Positions 12,530 to 22,649 are shown, counted from the stretch's first letter. The stretch is 64,000 nt of DNA from an uncultured Gemmatimonadaceae bacterium (GCA_963751275.1 CAVVTZ010000008.1:1-64000); one strand, 5' to 3'. Program-made: numbers and translations. Notes: a model not told the origin generated them from the letters alone.

Positions 12530-13865
12530 GTGCAGGGATCGTCCACCGGCGGCGCGCGCCCCGCGCCGCGTCCGGCAACCGGCCGGCTTGGCGTCCTCAC
12601 GCCGGGCCTCGGCGCGGTCGCGACGACCTTCATCGCCGGCGTGGAGAACGCGCGCCGCGGCCTCGCGAAGCCGATCGGCTCCCTCACCCAGATGGCGACG
12701 ATCCGCCTGGGCAAGCGCACCGAGCACCGCGCGCCGCTGATCAAGGAGTTCGCGCCGCTCAGTGCCATGAGCGATCTCGTCTTCGGCGCCTGGGACCCGA
12801 TCCCGGATGATGCGCTCACCGCCGCGCGCAAGGCGGGCGTGCTCGAGGAGCGTCATCTCGCGCCGATCGCCGATTTCCTCGCGGCGATCAAGCCGATGCC
12901 GGCCGTGTTCGACAACCACTACGTCACGCGCATCACCGGCACGAACGTGAAGACCGGGAAGACGAAGCGCGATCTCGCCGAGCAGCTGCGCCAGGACATC
13001 CGCGACTTCAAGGCGGCGAACAAGTGCGACCGCCTCGTGATGGTGTGGTGCGCGAGCACGGAGATCTTCATCTCCCCCGGTCCGGCGCACGCGACGCTCG
13101 CGTCGTTCGAGAAAGCGATGGCGTCCAACGACGAGACGATCGCGCCGTCGATGCTCTACGCCTGGGCGGCGCTGATGGAAGGCGTTCCCTTCGCGAATGG
13201 CGCGCCGAACCTCACCGTCGATACGCCGGCGTTGGTTGAGCTCGCGGGGAAGCAGGGCCTCCCGATCGCCGGCAAGGATTTCAAGACGGGGCAGACCTGG
13301 CTGAAGACGGTCATCGCGCCTGCGCTCAAGGCGCGCATGCTGGGACTCGCCGGGTGGTACTCGACGAACATCCTGGGCAACCGCGACGGCGAGGTGCTCG
13401 ACGACCCGCAGTCGTTCAAGACGAAGGAAGAGTCGAAGCTGAGCGTGCTGCACACGATCCTGCAGCCCGAGCAGTATCCCGGATCTCTACCAGGGATTCT
13501 CGCACGTCGTGCGGATCAACTATTACCCGCCGCGCGGGGACAACAAGGAAGGGTGGGACAACATCGACATCGTGGGCTGGCTGGGCTATCCGATGCAGAT
13601 CAAGGTGAACTTCCTATGCCGAGACTCGATCCTGGCCGCGCCGATCGTGCTGGATCTCGCGTTGTTCATGGACTTCGCGCACCGCGCGGGGATGAAGGGG
13701 ATCCAGGAATGGCTGTCGTTCTATTTCAAGAGCCCGATGGCGGCGCCGGGGCTGCAGCCGGAGCACGATCTGTTCATCCAGCAGACGAAGCTCAAGAACA
13801 CGCTGCGGCATCTCATGGGCGAGGAGCAGATCACGCATCTCGGCCTCGAGTACTACCAGGCGTGA
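12530..13865 (+). CDS. ino1: myo-Inositol-3-phosphate synthase (frameshift near 13485)
   Basis: GLGAVATT, PFANGAPN, GKDFKTGQT and NILGNRDG; C-terminus INYYPPRGDNKE, CRDSILAAP, SFYFKSP in 13509..13865. Confidence 0.93.
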
Positions 13866-13879
13866 CGCGCCCCTTCGCG

Positions 13880-14299
13880 ATGCGCCTCGCGGCGCTGGCG
13901 GCGGTGGTGTTCGTGGCCGCGGTGTGCGGCCAGCAGCAGGAGCCGCCGAAGGGGATGCCGGGCTACACCGATCATTACGCGATGCGCATCACGAGCGACC
14001 CCGCGCCGCCGCGCGCGCGGCAGCGCACCACGTTCAAGGTCGTCGTGCGCGACAAGGAGACGGGCGCGCCGGTCGACGGCGGGGAAGGGGTCCTGTACGG
14101 CAATACGAAGGACCCGAACGTGAAGGTATGGGACACGTTCGTCGCGGGCGCGGAGCCGGGCACCTACTACGCGAACGTGAACTACGTGGTCGCCACCGAT
14201 TGGGCGATGGGGGTGCGCTTCCGCAAGGATTCCACCCAGAAGCTCGAACAGGTGGACTGGATGCAGACCGTGAACAACGCCACCGGCGAGGCCCGTTGA
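13880..14299 (+). CDS. Secreted or lipoprotein hypothetical protein, possibly YtkA/FixH-like Ig fold
   Basis: Signal peptide MRLAALAAVVFVAAVC; beta-rich body with EPGTYYA; forms the 3' part of ORF 12530..14299. Confidence 0.6.
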   Translation: MRLAALAAVVFVAAVCGQQQEPPKGMPGYTDHYAMRITSDPAPPRARQRTTFKVVVRDKETGAPVDGGEGVLYGNTKDPNVKVWDTFVAGAEPGTYYANVNYVVATDWAMGVRFRKDSTQKLEQVDWMQTVNNATGEAR

Positions 14300-14301
14300 T
14301 C

Positions 14302-14595
14302 ATGCGCCACTTCCATCGCACGCACCTCGCGCCCGACGCGGCGCTCAAGATCGCCGACGATTTCTTCCCCACGATCGGCGAGGCGCGCACGTCGTCGCTC
14401 GCGCGGTCGCGCGCTTTCTCGGGACCGCTCGGCACCATGACGCTCAGGATCCGTCCCGACGGCGGCCACTACACGTTCATCGAAGTGGACACCGACCAGA
14501 CCGGCGAGAGCCGGCTCGACCGGAACGTGAAGCGCTATTTCGTGAAAGTGCGCAAGGCGGAGATGCCGGCGCGCGCGCTCGAGGCCGCCTACTGA
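14302..14595 (+). CDS. Small hypothetical protein (97 aa)
   Basis: MRHFHRTHL...LEAAY with host-like codon usage; stop overlaps the E1 alpha start. Confidence 0.65.
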   Translation: MRHFHRTHLAPDAALKIADDFFPTIGEARTSSLARSRAFSGPLGTMTLRIRPDGGHYTFIEVDTDQTGESRLDRNVKRYFVKVRKAEMPARALEAAY

Positions 14596-15733
14596 TGGCA
14601 TCCGGCGCCGCGCATCGCCTCTCCTCCGGGGCGCCCGCGCGCGACGCGGACCGCCCCTCCGCCTCGCTCTCGAAGGAGCAGAAGCTCCAGCTCTACTACT
14701 ACATGCGGCTCACGCGCTCGCTCGAGGAGCGGCTCGTCAACCTCTACCGCCAGACCAAGGTCGTCGGCGGGCTCTTCCGCTCGCTCGGCCAGGAGGCCGA
14801 CGCGGTCGGGCAGCGCCTTCGCGCTCGACCGGAGCAAGGGCGACTTCCTCTCGCCCGCTCATCCGCAATCTCGGCTCGATGCTCGTGCAAGGGCGCGACG
14901 CCGCTCGAGATCATGCGGCAGTACATGGCGAAGGGCGACTCGCCGACGCGCGGCCGCGAGCTGAACATCCACTTCGGCGACCTGCGAGCGCGGCTTCATC
15001 GGGCAGATCTCGCATCTCGGCGACATGGTGCCGGTGATGGCCGGCGTGACGCTCTCCTTCAAGATGCGCGGCGCAGGACCGCGTGGGCCTCGTGTACGTC
15101 GGCGACGGCGCGACGTCCACCGGCGCGTTCCACGAGGGGATCAACTTCGCGGCGGTGCAGCGCTGCCCGCTGGTGGTGATCGTCGAGAACAACGGCTACG
15201 CGTACTCGACGCCGCACGAGCAAGCAGACCGCGGTGACGCGAGCTGGACGACAAGGCGCTCGGCGTACGGCGTCCCGGGCGAGCGGCCGACGGCAACGAT
15301 GTGCTCGCGGTCGTACGACGTGACGAGGCGCGCGGTGGACCGCGCGCGGCGCGGCGAGGGCGTCACGCTGATCGAGCTGATCACGTACCGGCGCAAGGGG
15401 CACGCGGAGCACGACAACCAGAGCTACGTGCCGGCGGGCGAGATCGAGCGGTGGGAGCGCACAACGACCCGCTCGACCGCTACGTGCGCGTGCTGCTCGA
15501 CGAGCGCAGGCGATAGCGCGCGGCGCTCGAGCGCGATCGATGACGCGCGTGCACGCCGAGGTCGACGCCGCGACCGACTGGCCGACGCGTCGCCGATGCC
15601 GGAGGCGGACGATGCGCTCGCCGGCGTCTACGCCGATCCGCCGCGCGTCGGACCGCTCTGGTACCGCGGCGGCGTCGGCGCCGCCGTGGCCAGCACGAGC
15701 GCTCCGCCGGACTGGGGGACGCACGATGGCTGA
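14595..15733 (+). CDS. 2-oxoacid dehydrogenase E1 alpha subunit (pyruvate/branched-chain type), many frameshifts
   Basis: GQEA, TPP-binding GDGATSTGAFHEG...ENNGYA, and YRRKGHAEHD motifs. Confidence 0.88.
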
Positions 15734-16717
15734 GGTCACCTATCTCGAGGCGATCCGCGAGGCGCTGCGTCGAGGAGATGGAGCGCGACCCCGAGCGTCT
15801 TCTGCCTGGGCGAGGACATCGGCGCGCTACGGCGGCGCGTTCAAGGTGACCGAGGGCTGCAGGCGGAGTTCGGCGAGCACGCGGGTGATCGACACGCCGA
15901 TCTCGGAGGCGGCGATCGTCGGCGCGGCGGCGGGCGCGGCGCACATGGGGATGCGCCCCGTGGCGGAGATGCAGTTCATCGACTTCATCTCCTGCGCCTA
16001 CGACATGCTCACCAACTACGTGGCCACGTCGCGCTACCGCGCGATGCTCGCCGTGCCCGATGGTCGTGCGCGGGCCCAGCGGCGGCTACGTGCGCGGCGG
16101 GCCGTTCCATTCGCAGAATCCGGAGGCGGCGTTCCTGCACACGCCGGGGCTCAAGATCGTCTATCCCGGCGACGGCGCGAGCGACGCCAAGGGGCTGCTC
16201 AAGGCGGCGATCCGGGACGACGACCCGGTGCTCTACTTCGAGCACAAGTACCTCTACCGCCGGATCAAGGAGCGAGCATGCCGGCGGGCGATCACGTGGT
16301 GCGCCGATCGGCGAGGCGCGCGTCGGCGCGCGAGGGGACGCGACCTGTCGATCATCACCTACGCGGCCACGGTGTGGAAGGCGCTCGAGGCGGCCGAGCG
16401 AGCTGGAGCAGGAGGACGGGCTCTCGGTCGAGGTGCTCGATCTGCGCACGCTGCTGCCGATGGACGACGAGGCGATCGTCGCCACGGTGCGCAAGACCAA
16501 CCGCGTGATGGTCGTGCACGAGGACACGCGCACCGGCGGGATCGCCGGCGAGATCACCGCGCGCATCAACGAGCGCGCGTTCGAGTGGCTCGACGCGCCG
16601 GTGCTGCGCGTGACGGCGGCCGACGTGCCGCTGCCGTACGCGCCGCCGCTGGAGGACTACGTGCTGCCCCAGACGGCGGACATCGTGACCGTGGCGCGAC
16701 GGCTCGCCGGATACTAG
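15726..16717 (+). CDS. 2-oxoacid dehydrogenase E1 beta subunit, many frameshifts
   Basis: MAEVTYLEAI, DTPISE, EMQFIDF, FHSQ, FEHKYLY, DLRTLLP and LDAPVLRV motifs. Confidence 0.9.
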
Positions 16718-16718
16718 C

Positions 16719-17004
16719 GTGACGGCAGGGAGCGGGGCCGCCCTCGGTGCGGCCGAAGTGGTTCGCGATCGGATGCTTGATCGATGGTGCCGGGGTTCTT
16801 CGGCGGCGGCATGGTCGGCGCCGCTGGTGGCGAAGATGGTCGGCAGCGCGCGAAATTGCGCGCCGCCGGAGGGGATGCCGGCGTGCGATACGTGGAGTTT
16901 CGTGCTCGCCGGCCGCGGTGATCGGGATCGTGCTGTTGCCGTCGCTCGTGTTGTGGCGGCTGCGGCGGGGGAAGGATGGCCCAGGGAATTCAGCGCGGAG
17001 TTGA
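16719..17004 (+). CDS. Small membrane protein between E1 beta and E2 (frameshifted)
   Basis: Hydrophobic pieces [14 protein letters not shown]...[13 protein letters not shown] and [17 protein letters not shown] distributed across frames. Confidence 0.45.
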
Positions 17005-17008
17005 TCCA

Positions 17009-18381
17009 GTGGCACGCATTGATGTGATCATGCCCCAGATGGGCGAGTCGATCGCCGAGGGCACCATGTCGCGCTGGCTGAAGAAGGTCGGCGACGAGGT
17101 CAAGCGCGACGAGCCGATCTTCGAGATCTCGACCGACAAGGTGGACGCGGAGATCCCCGCGCCGACCGCCGGCGTGCTCGTCGAGATCCTGGTGACCGAA
17201 GGGCAGACGGTGCCGGTGCAGACGGTCGTCGCGCGGATCGAGACGGAGAAGGGGGCGGCCGCACCGGCGCCGCCGCGCCCGCCATCGGCGCCCGCCGCGC
17301 ACGGTGCGCCGGCCGCCGCCGCGCCCGCGCGCCGGCACGCGGCCGCGCGCCGCGACGCCCGCCGCGCCCGCCGCGCCCGCTGCGCCCGCCGGGTCCTTCG
17401 AGGAGCGCGTCCGCACGCGCTCCTCGCCGCTCGTGCGCAAGATGGCGGCCGAGCACGGGACTCGAGATGGCCGCGATGCAGGGCACCGGCATCGCCGGCC
17501 GCGTGACGAAGAAGGATCTGCGCGGTACCTCGAGTCCGGTGGCGCGGCCGCGCCCGCGGCGCGCTCCGCGCCGGCCGCGCCCACGGCGCCCGCCGCCCGA
17601 TGATGCCGCGCGCCCTCGATGCCCGCGCCCGCGGGCGCCGCGCCGCACGGCCCGCTGCCCGAGCCGTGGGCCGGCGATGTGGTCGAGCCGATGTCGAAGA
17701 TGCGCACGCTGATCGCCGAGCACATGGTGCTGTCGCGCCGCACCTCGGCGCACGTCACGTCGTTCTTCGAGATCGACTTCACGCGCGTCGCCCGCATCCG
17801 CGCGGCGCAGCGCGCGGCGTTCGAGCAGGCGACCGGCCAGAAGCTCACGTACCTGCCCTTCATCATCAAGGCGGTCGTGAAGGCGCTCAAGGACATTCCC
17901 GATCGTCAACGCGTCGGTGGCCGGCACGAACATGATCTACCGCAAGCAGTACAACATCGGCATCGCCGTCGCGCTCGACTGGGGCCTGATCGTCCCGGTG
18001 ATCAAGCACGCCGACGACCTCTCCCTCGCCGGGCATCACGCGCACGCTCAACGATCTCGCCGAGCGCGCGCGCGCGAAGAAGCTGCGAGCCCGACGAGGT
18101 CGCAGGACGGCACCTTCACCATCACCAACCCCGGCGTCTTCGGCTCGCTCATCGGCACGCCGATCATCAACCAGCCGCAGGTCGCGATCCTCGGCGTCGG
18201 CGCGATCGAGAAGCGCCCGAAGGTGATGACCGGCCCCGACGGCGAGGACGTGCTCGCGATCCGCACGTGCGCCTACTTCTCGCTCTCCTTCGACCACCGC
18301 ATCATCGACGGCGCGGTGGCCGATCAGTTCCTCGCCTTCGTGAAGCAGCAGATCGAGACCTTCCCCGACGCGGTGCTCTAG
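17009..18381 (+). CDS. 2-oxoacid dehydrogenase E2 dihydrolipoamide acyltransferase, frameshifted
   Basis: Lipoyl domain [11 protein letters not shown]...EISTDKV, E3-binding SSPLVRK...[12 protein letters not shown], and catalytic SFDHRIIDG. Confidence 0.92.
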
Positions 18382-18384
18382 CCC

Positions 18385-18645
18385 ATGCCGCGCGCGCTCA
18401 CGCTCAAGCGGTCGATCGTCCCCGCGGGCGACCGGAAGAAGTTCCTGGACAAGTTGCGCGCGCGCCACGCGTTCTATCTCTCGGCGCAGTGCAAGCATTG
18501 GGTGTTCGAAGAAGCGGAACTTCCCGGCGCCTTCATCGAATTCATCGAAGCGGCGGATGGCGAGACGCTGTACAAGGCGCTCACCGCCGCGCCCGATCCG
18601 GTGCTCGACCCCGCGCGGATCTACCAAGAAGTGGAGCTCCCCTAA
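18385..18645 (+). CDS. Small hypothetical protein (86 aa)
   Basis: Intact ORF tightly packed between E2 and the next gene; host-like codon usage. Confidence 0.6.
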   Translation: MPRALTLKRSIVPAGDRKKFLDKLRARHAFYLSAQCKHWVFEEAELPGAFIEFIEAADGETLYKALTAAPDPVLDPARIYQEVELP

Positions 18646-18913
18646 TGCCCGTTCGCACGATCGTCGTCGGCGGCGACACCTGGGAAGTCGCGCCCGCGGG
18701 GCGGATCACGCAGTCCGACCGCGATGAATTCTCCCTCCTGTTCACGCGGCGCGTGGCCGGCGGCCGGCCGGAAGTGCGCGTGACGCGGTATTCGCCCCAG
18801 GGGGCGCGCGTGCGCGAAGCCTCCTTCGCGGAGCTGAGCGCCGCCGAACTCGAGCGCCTCTTCGGGAATCGCAGTCCAGCGAACGCTCGCCCGAGGCGGG
18901 CTACTCACGGTGA
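18645..18913 (+). CDS. Small hypothetical protein (about 88 aa, frameshift near 18865)
   Basis: MPVRTIVVGGDTWEV...YSP...; ATG overlaps the upstream TAA and the likely stop overlaps the PHP start. Confidence 0.55.
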
Positions 18914-19770
18914 CGGCCGCCGGCGGCGCCGCGCGCGTCGATCTCCACATGCACTCGACGGCGTCGGACGGCTCCCAAGCGCCCGCGGCCGTGGTCGCGG
19001 CCGCGAAGGCCGCCGGGATCGCCGCGATCGCGCTCACCGACCATGACACGCTCGCCGGCGTCGCCGAGGCGCGCGCGGCCGGCGAGACGCTCGGTGTGCG
19101 CGTGATCGCCGGCGTCGAGCTGAGCGCGGTGGATGGCGCCGGCGCCGAGGTGCACATCCTCGGGCTCCACATCGCGCGGCCCCTGCCGCTGCAGAACGCG
19201 CTCGATGTCTTCCGGATCGCGCGCCGCGAACGCGCCCTCCAGATCGTCGAGAAGCTGAACGCGCTCGGTGTGCCCGTCACGAAGGAGGCCGTGCTCGCGC
19301 AGGCGGGCGACGCGGCGATCGGGCGGCCGCACGTGGCGCGCGCGCTCGTCGCCGGCGGTTTCGCGCGCGATCACCGCGAGGTGTTCGACCGGTGGCTGGG
19401 TGCCGGACGTCCCGCCTTCGTCGAGAAGCGCCGCCTCACGATGGCCGAGGCGTTCGCGCTCATCCACGACGCCGGCGGCATCGCCGTGATCGCGCATCCG
19501 GGCCCGGACGGCACGCGCGACAAGCTCGCCGCGCTCGCGGCGCTCGGCATGGACGGTGTGGAGGTGCGTCATCCCGGCCACAGCGCCGCCGACACCGCGC
19601 GGCTCGCCGCGCTCGCCGGCGAACTCGAATTGCTCCCCAGTGGCGGTTCCGACTGGCACGGCGCGGCGGATGGCCCGCGCACCATTGGATGCATGAACGT
19701 TCCCGCGGAGTGGCTCGAGCGCCAGGACGCGCTCGTGCGCTCGCGCCTCGGCCCGGAGGTGGTGGCATGA
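18910..19770 (+). CDS. PHP-domain metallophosphoesterase (YciV/TrpH-like)
   Basis: DLHMHSTASDG, LTDHD, GVELS, HILG, GRPH, AHP and GGSDWHG motifs. Confidence 0.92.
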   Translation: MTAAGGAARVDLHMHSTASDGSQAPAAVVAAAKAAGIAAIALTDHDTLAGVAEARAAGETLGVRVIAGVELSAVDGAGAEVHILGLHIARPLPLQNALDVFRIARRERALQIVEKLNALGVPVTKEAVLAQAGDAAIGRPHVARALVAGGFARDHREVFDRWLGAGRPAFVEKRRLTMAEAFALIHDAGGIAVIAHPGPDGTRDKLAALAALGMDGVEVRHPGHSAADTARLAALAGELELLPSGGSDWHGAADGPRTIGCMNVPAEWLERQDALVRSRLGPEVVA

Positions 19771-20213
19771 CCGGCGACCCGCTCGCGATCGGCACGTACG
19801 CGCCCGCATTCGAGGCGCCCGCCAACGATGGGCAGCGATACGCGCTCACGGAGTTGCTGCAGCAGGGCGGCGTCGCCCTCTTCTTCTATCCCGGCAACAA
19901 CACGCCTGGCTGAAACAAACAACTCTCCGCCGTGCGCGATGAGATGGCAGCGTTCCGCAAAGCAGGTGTCCAGCCCGTCGGCGTGAACCCGGCGAGCGTG
20001 GAGAGCCACGCGAAGTACGCCGCGAAGTTCGCCTTCGGCTTCCCGTTGTTGAGCGATCCCGATCGCGCGATCGCGAAGGCGTATCACGCACTCAAGGAAG
20101 ACGGCCGCGGCATCCAGCGCACCGTGTATCTCATCGGGCGCGACGGGAAGATCCGCTTCGGCGAGCGCGGTGCGCCGCCGCCGGCCACGGTGCTCGCGGC
20201 GCTCGACCGGTGA
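19767..20213 (+). CDS. bcp: BCP/PrxQ-family peroxiredoxin with in-frame UGA at the catalytic residue (putative selenoprotein, 148 aa)
   Basis: FFYPGNNTPG-[TGA 19911-19913]-NKQLSAVRD continues in frame into ORF 19932..20213 (FPLLSDPD, QRTVYLIG); PxxxTxxC motif with C replaced by UGA. Confidence 0.85.
19923..19944 (+). promoter_or_regulatory. Candidate bacterial SECIS hairpin
   Basis: tctc/gaga lower pairs, cgc/gcg upper pairs, apical loop cgtgc about 17 nt after the UGA; folded by eye only. Confidence 0.45.
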
Positions 20214-20944
20214 CGTTCGCGCTCGCGGGGCGCGTGGCCCTCGTGACGGGCGCGGCCCGCCGCGTGGGCCGCGCGATCGCCCTCGCGCTCGCGGGGCGCG
20301 GGATGCGCGTGGCGGTGCACCACCACGCGTCGCCGGAGGAGGCGGACGAAGTCGTTCGCGCGCTGAAGGCCGCGGGCGGCGACGGCTGGGCCGTGCGCGC
20401 GGACCTCCGCGACGCCGCCGCGGCCGAGCAGCTCGTTCGCGATGTGGCGGCGCACTTCGGCGCGCTCGACGTGCTCGTGAACTCGGCGGCGATCATGCTG
20501 CGCACGCCCATCGACGAGGTCACCGTCGAGCAATGGGACGAGATCATGGCGCTGAATCTGCGCGCGCCCTTCTTCTGCGCGCGCGCGGCGGCCAAGGTGA
20601 TGGGCGAGCGCGGCGGCGCGATCGTGAACATCGCGGACCTCGCGGGACTCGAAGCGTGGCCCGCATACGTGCCGCACGGCATCTCGAAAGCGGGCGTCAT
20701 CCATCTGACCAGCGCGCTCGCGCGCACGCTGGCGCCGCACATCCGCGTGAACGCGGTGGCGCCCGGCGCGGTGCTCCTGCCCGAGAATTGGACGCCGGCC
20801 GACGCGGCGCGGATGCAGAAGACCACGCCGCTCGGCCGCATCGGGAGCCCGGAGGATGTCGCGCAGGCCGTGCTGTATCTGCTCGAGGCGGACTACGTCA
20901 CCGGCGACACGCTCATCGTGGACGGCGGCCGGCACATCCGCTGA
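20210..20944 (+). CDS. SDR oxidoreductase, pteridine reductase (FolM/PTR1)-like
   Basis: TGAARRVG, LVNSAA and RVNAVAPG motifs; the catalytic YxxxK position reads HGISK. Confidence 0.8.
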   Translation: MTFALAGRVALVTGAARRVGRAIALALAGRGMRVAVHHHASPEEADEVVRALKAAGGDGWAVRADLRDAAAAEQLVRDVAAHFGALDVLVNSAAIMLRTPIDEVTVEQWDEIMALNLRAPFFCARAAAKVMGERGGAIVNIADLAGLEAWPAYVPHGISKAGVIHLTSALARTLAPHIRVNAVAPGAVLLPENWTPADAARMQKTTPLGRIGSPEDVAQAVLYLLEADYVTGDTLIVDGGRHIR

Positions 20945-21015
20945 CCGCACGGGACGGGCGGCCCCTTGCGGGAGTCGCCATATTTAGACGTCGGCTTCAT
21001 TCGCGAGGACGCACT

Positions 21016-22008
21016 GTGGCCCGGACGCTCGACTACGACATCGTGATCATCGGCGCGGGGCCGGCGGGGCTCACCGCGGCGCTCTACGCGGGCCGGTCGA
21101 TGCTGCGCGCCGTCGCGCTCGAGAAGGGCGCGCCCGGCGGCGAGTTGCTCAACACCGAGAAGGTGGAGGACTATCCCGGCTTCCTGAGCGTGGACGGGTG
21201 GGAGCTCGCGCAGAAGTTCGAGGAGCACGCGAAGAAGTTCGGCGCCGAGATCGCGACCGGCGTGAACGTGATCGCGCTCCGGCGGCTCCACGACGGCACC
21301 TTCGAGACCGTGAGCGACAGCGGCGACATGTACCGCTCGCCCGCCGTGATCATGACCTCCGGCGGCACACCCGTGAAGCTCGGCGTGCCGGGCGAACTCG
21401 AGTTCGCGGGGAAGGGCGTCTCGTACTGCGCCGTGTGCGACGGGCATTTCTTCCGCGGCCACACGATCGCGGTGGTGGGCGGCGGCGATGCGGCGTGCGA
21501 GGAGGCGGACTTCCTCACGCGCTATGCCGAGAAGGTCTATCTGATCCACCGCCGCCACGAGTTCCGCGCGTCGAAGATCATCCAGAAGCGCGTCGCGGAG
21601 AACCCGAAGATCGAGGTGCTCTGGAACACGCTCGTGGAGCGCGTGGATGGCGATGCCGGGGGCCTCGTGCACAACGTGGCGCTCCGCGACGCGATCACCG
21701 GCGAGAAGCGCGGCCTGGCGGCCACCGGACTGTTCGTGTTCATCGGCTTCAAGCCGAACACCGGCATCCTGCAGGAGCACGTCCAGCACGACGCGTCGGG
21801 CTACATCATCACGGACCAGAACATGGCGTCGTCGCTGCCGGGCTTGTTCGTGGCGGGCGACGTGCGCGCGCAACTCACGCGGCAGGTGACCACGGCGGCG
21901 GGCGATGCCACCACCGCGACGATCGCCGCCGAGAAGTACCTGGCGACCCGCCGCGACCATGAGCGCGCCGCGGCCGCGGTGCACGGAGCGGTGGCCGTCG
22001 CGCGATGA
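21016..22008 (+). CDS. trxB: Thioredoxin-disulfide reductase
   Basis: IIGAGPAG, GVSYCAVCDG, VGGGDAA, HRR and AGDV motifs; GTG start after GAGGA. Confidence 0.93.
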   Translation: MARTLDYDIVIIGAGPAGLTAALYAGRSMLRAVALEKGAPGGELLNTEKVEDYPGFLSVDGWELAQKFEEHAKKFGAEIATGVNVIALRRLHDGTFETVSDSGDMYRSPAVIMTSGGTPVKLGVPGELEFAGKGVSYCAVCDGHFFRGHTIAVVGGGDAACEEADFLTRYAEKVYLIHRRHEFRASKIIQKRVAENPKIEVLWNTLVERVDGDAGGLVHNVALRDAITGEKRGLAATGLFVFIGFKPNTGILQEHVQHDASGYIITDQNMASSLPGLFVAGDVRAQLTRQVTTAAGDATTATIAAEKYLATRRDHERAAAAVHGAVAVAR

Positions 22009-22649
22009 AGGTCCGCCCGTTCGCCGTCGGGCCGTTCCAGGAGAACAGCTATCTCCTGATCGACGACGCGACGAACCACGCGGTGTTCATCGATCCGGGC
22101 GATGAGGCCTCGCGCCTGCTCGCGGCGCTGAAGGAATCCGGCGCCACCCTCGACGCGATCTGGGTCACGCACGGCCACATGGACCACGTCGGCGCGATCG
22201 CCGCGATCAAGCGCGCGGTGAACGTGCCGGTCCACCTCCACCGCGGCGACCTGCCGCTCTACCGCGCCGCGGCCGAGCATGCGCTCCTCTTCGGTGCCAC
22301 CATCGAGCAGCCGCCCGAGCCGGAACAGGAATTCGTGGATGGCGAGGTGCTGCGCGTGGGCACGCTGGAATTCACCGTGATGCACGCACCGGGCCACGCA
22401 CCCGGGCACGTGGTGATCCATGGGAACGGCGTCGCGTTCGTGGGCGACTGCCTGTTCGCCGGATCGATCGGCCGCACCGATCTGCCGCTCGCGAGCGGGG
22501 CGCAGCTCGGCCGGACGCTCGAGCGCATCGCCGCGCTCGATGGCGCGACGGTGGTCTACAGCGGTCACGGCCCGGCGACCACGATCGCGCGCGAGCGCGC
22601 CGAGAATCCGTTCCTGAACGGACTGGCGCGCGTCGCCGCGGGCCGGTGA
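22005..22649 (+). CDS. MBL-fold metallo-hydrolase (glyoxalase II/YcbL-like)
   Basis: THGHMDH, PGHAPG, GDCLF, GRTD and SGHG motifs. Confidence 0.9.
   Translation: MKVRPFAVGPFQENSYLLIDDATNHAVFIDPGDEASRLLAALKESGATLDAIWVTHGHMDHVGAIAAIKRAVNVPVHLHRGDLPLYRAAAEHALLFGATIEQPPEPEQEFVDGEVLRVGTLEFTVMHAPGHAPGHVVIHGNGVAFVGDCLFAGSIGRTDLPLASGAQLGRTLERIAALDGATVVYSGHGPATTIARERAENPFLNGLARVAAGR

Noticed and set aside
10418..13453. Very long antisense or alternate-frame ORFs (also 51682..55260, 39735..42140, 1556..3709)
   Set aside because: Arg/Ala/His-rich shadows of real genes caused by strong GC3 bias; no recognisable motifs.
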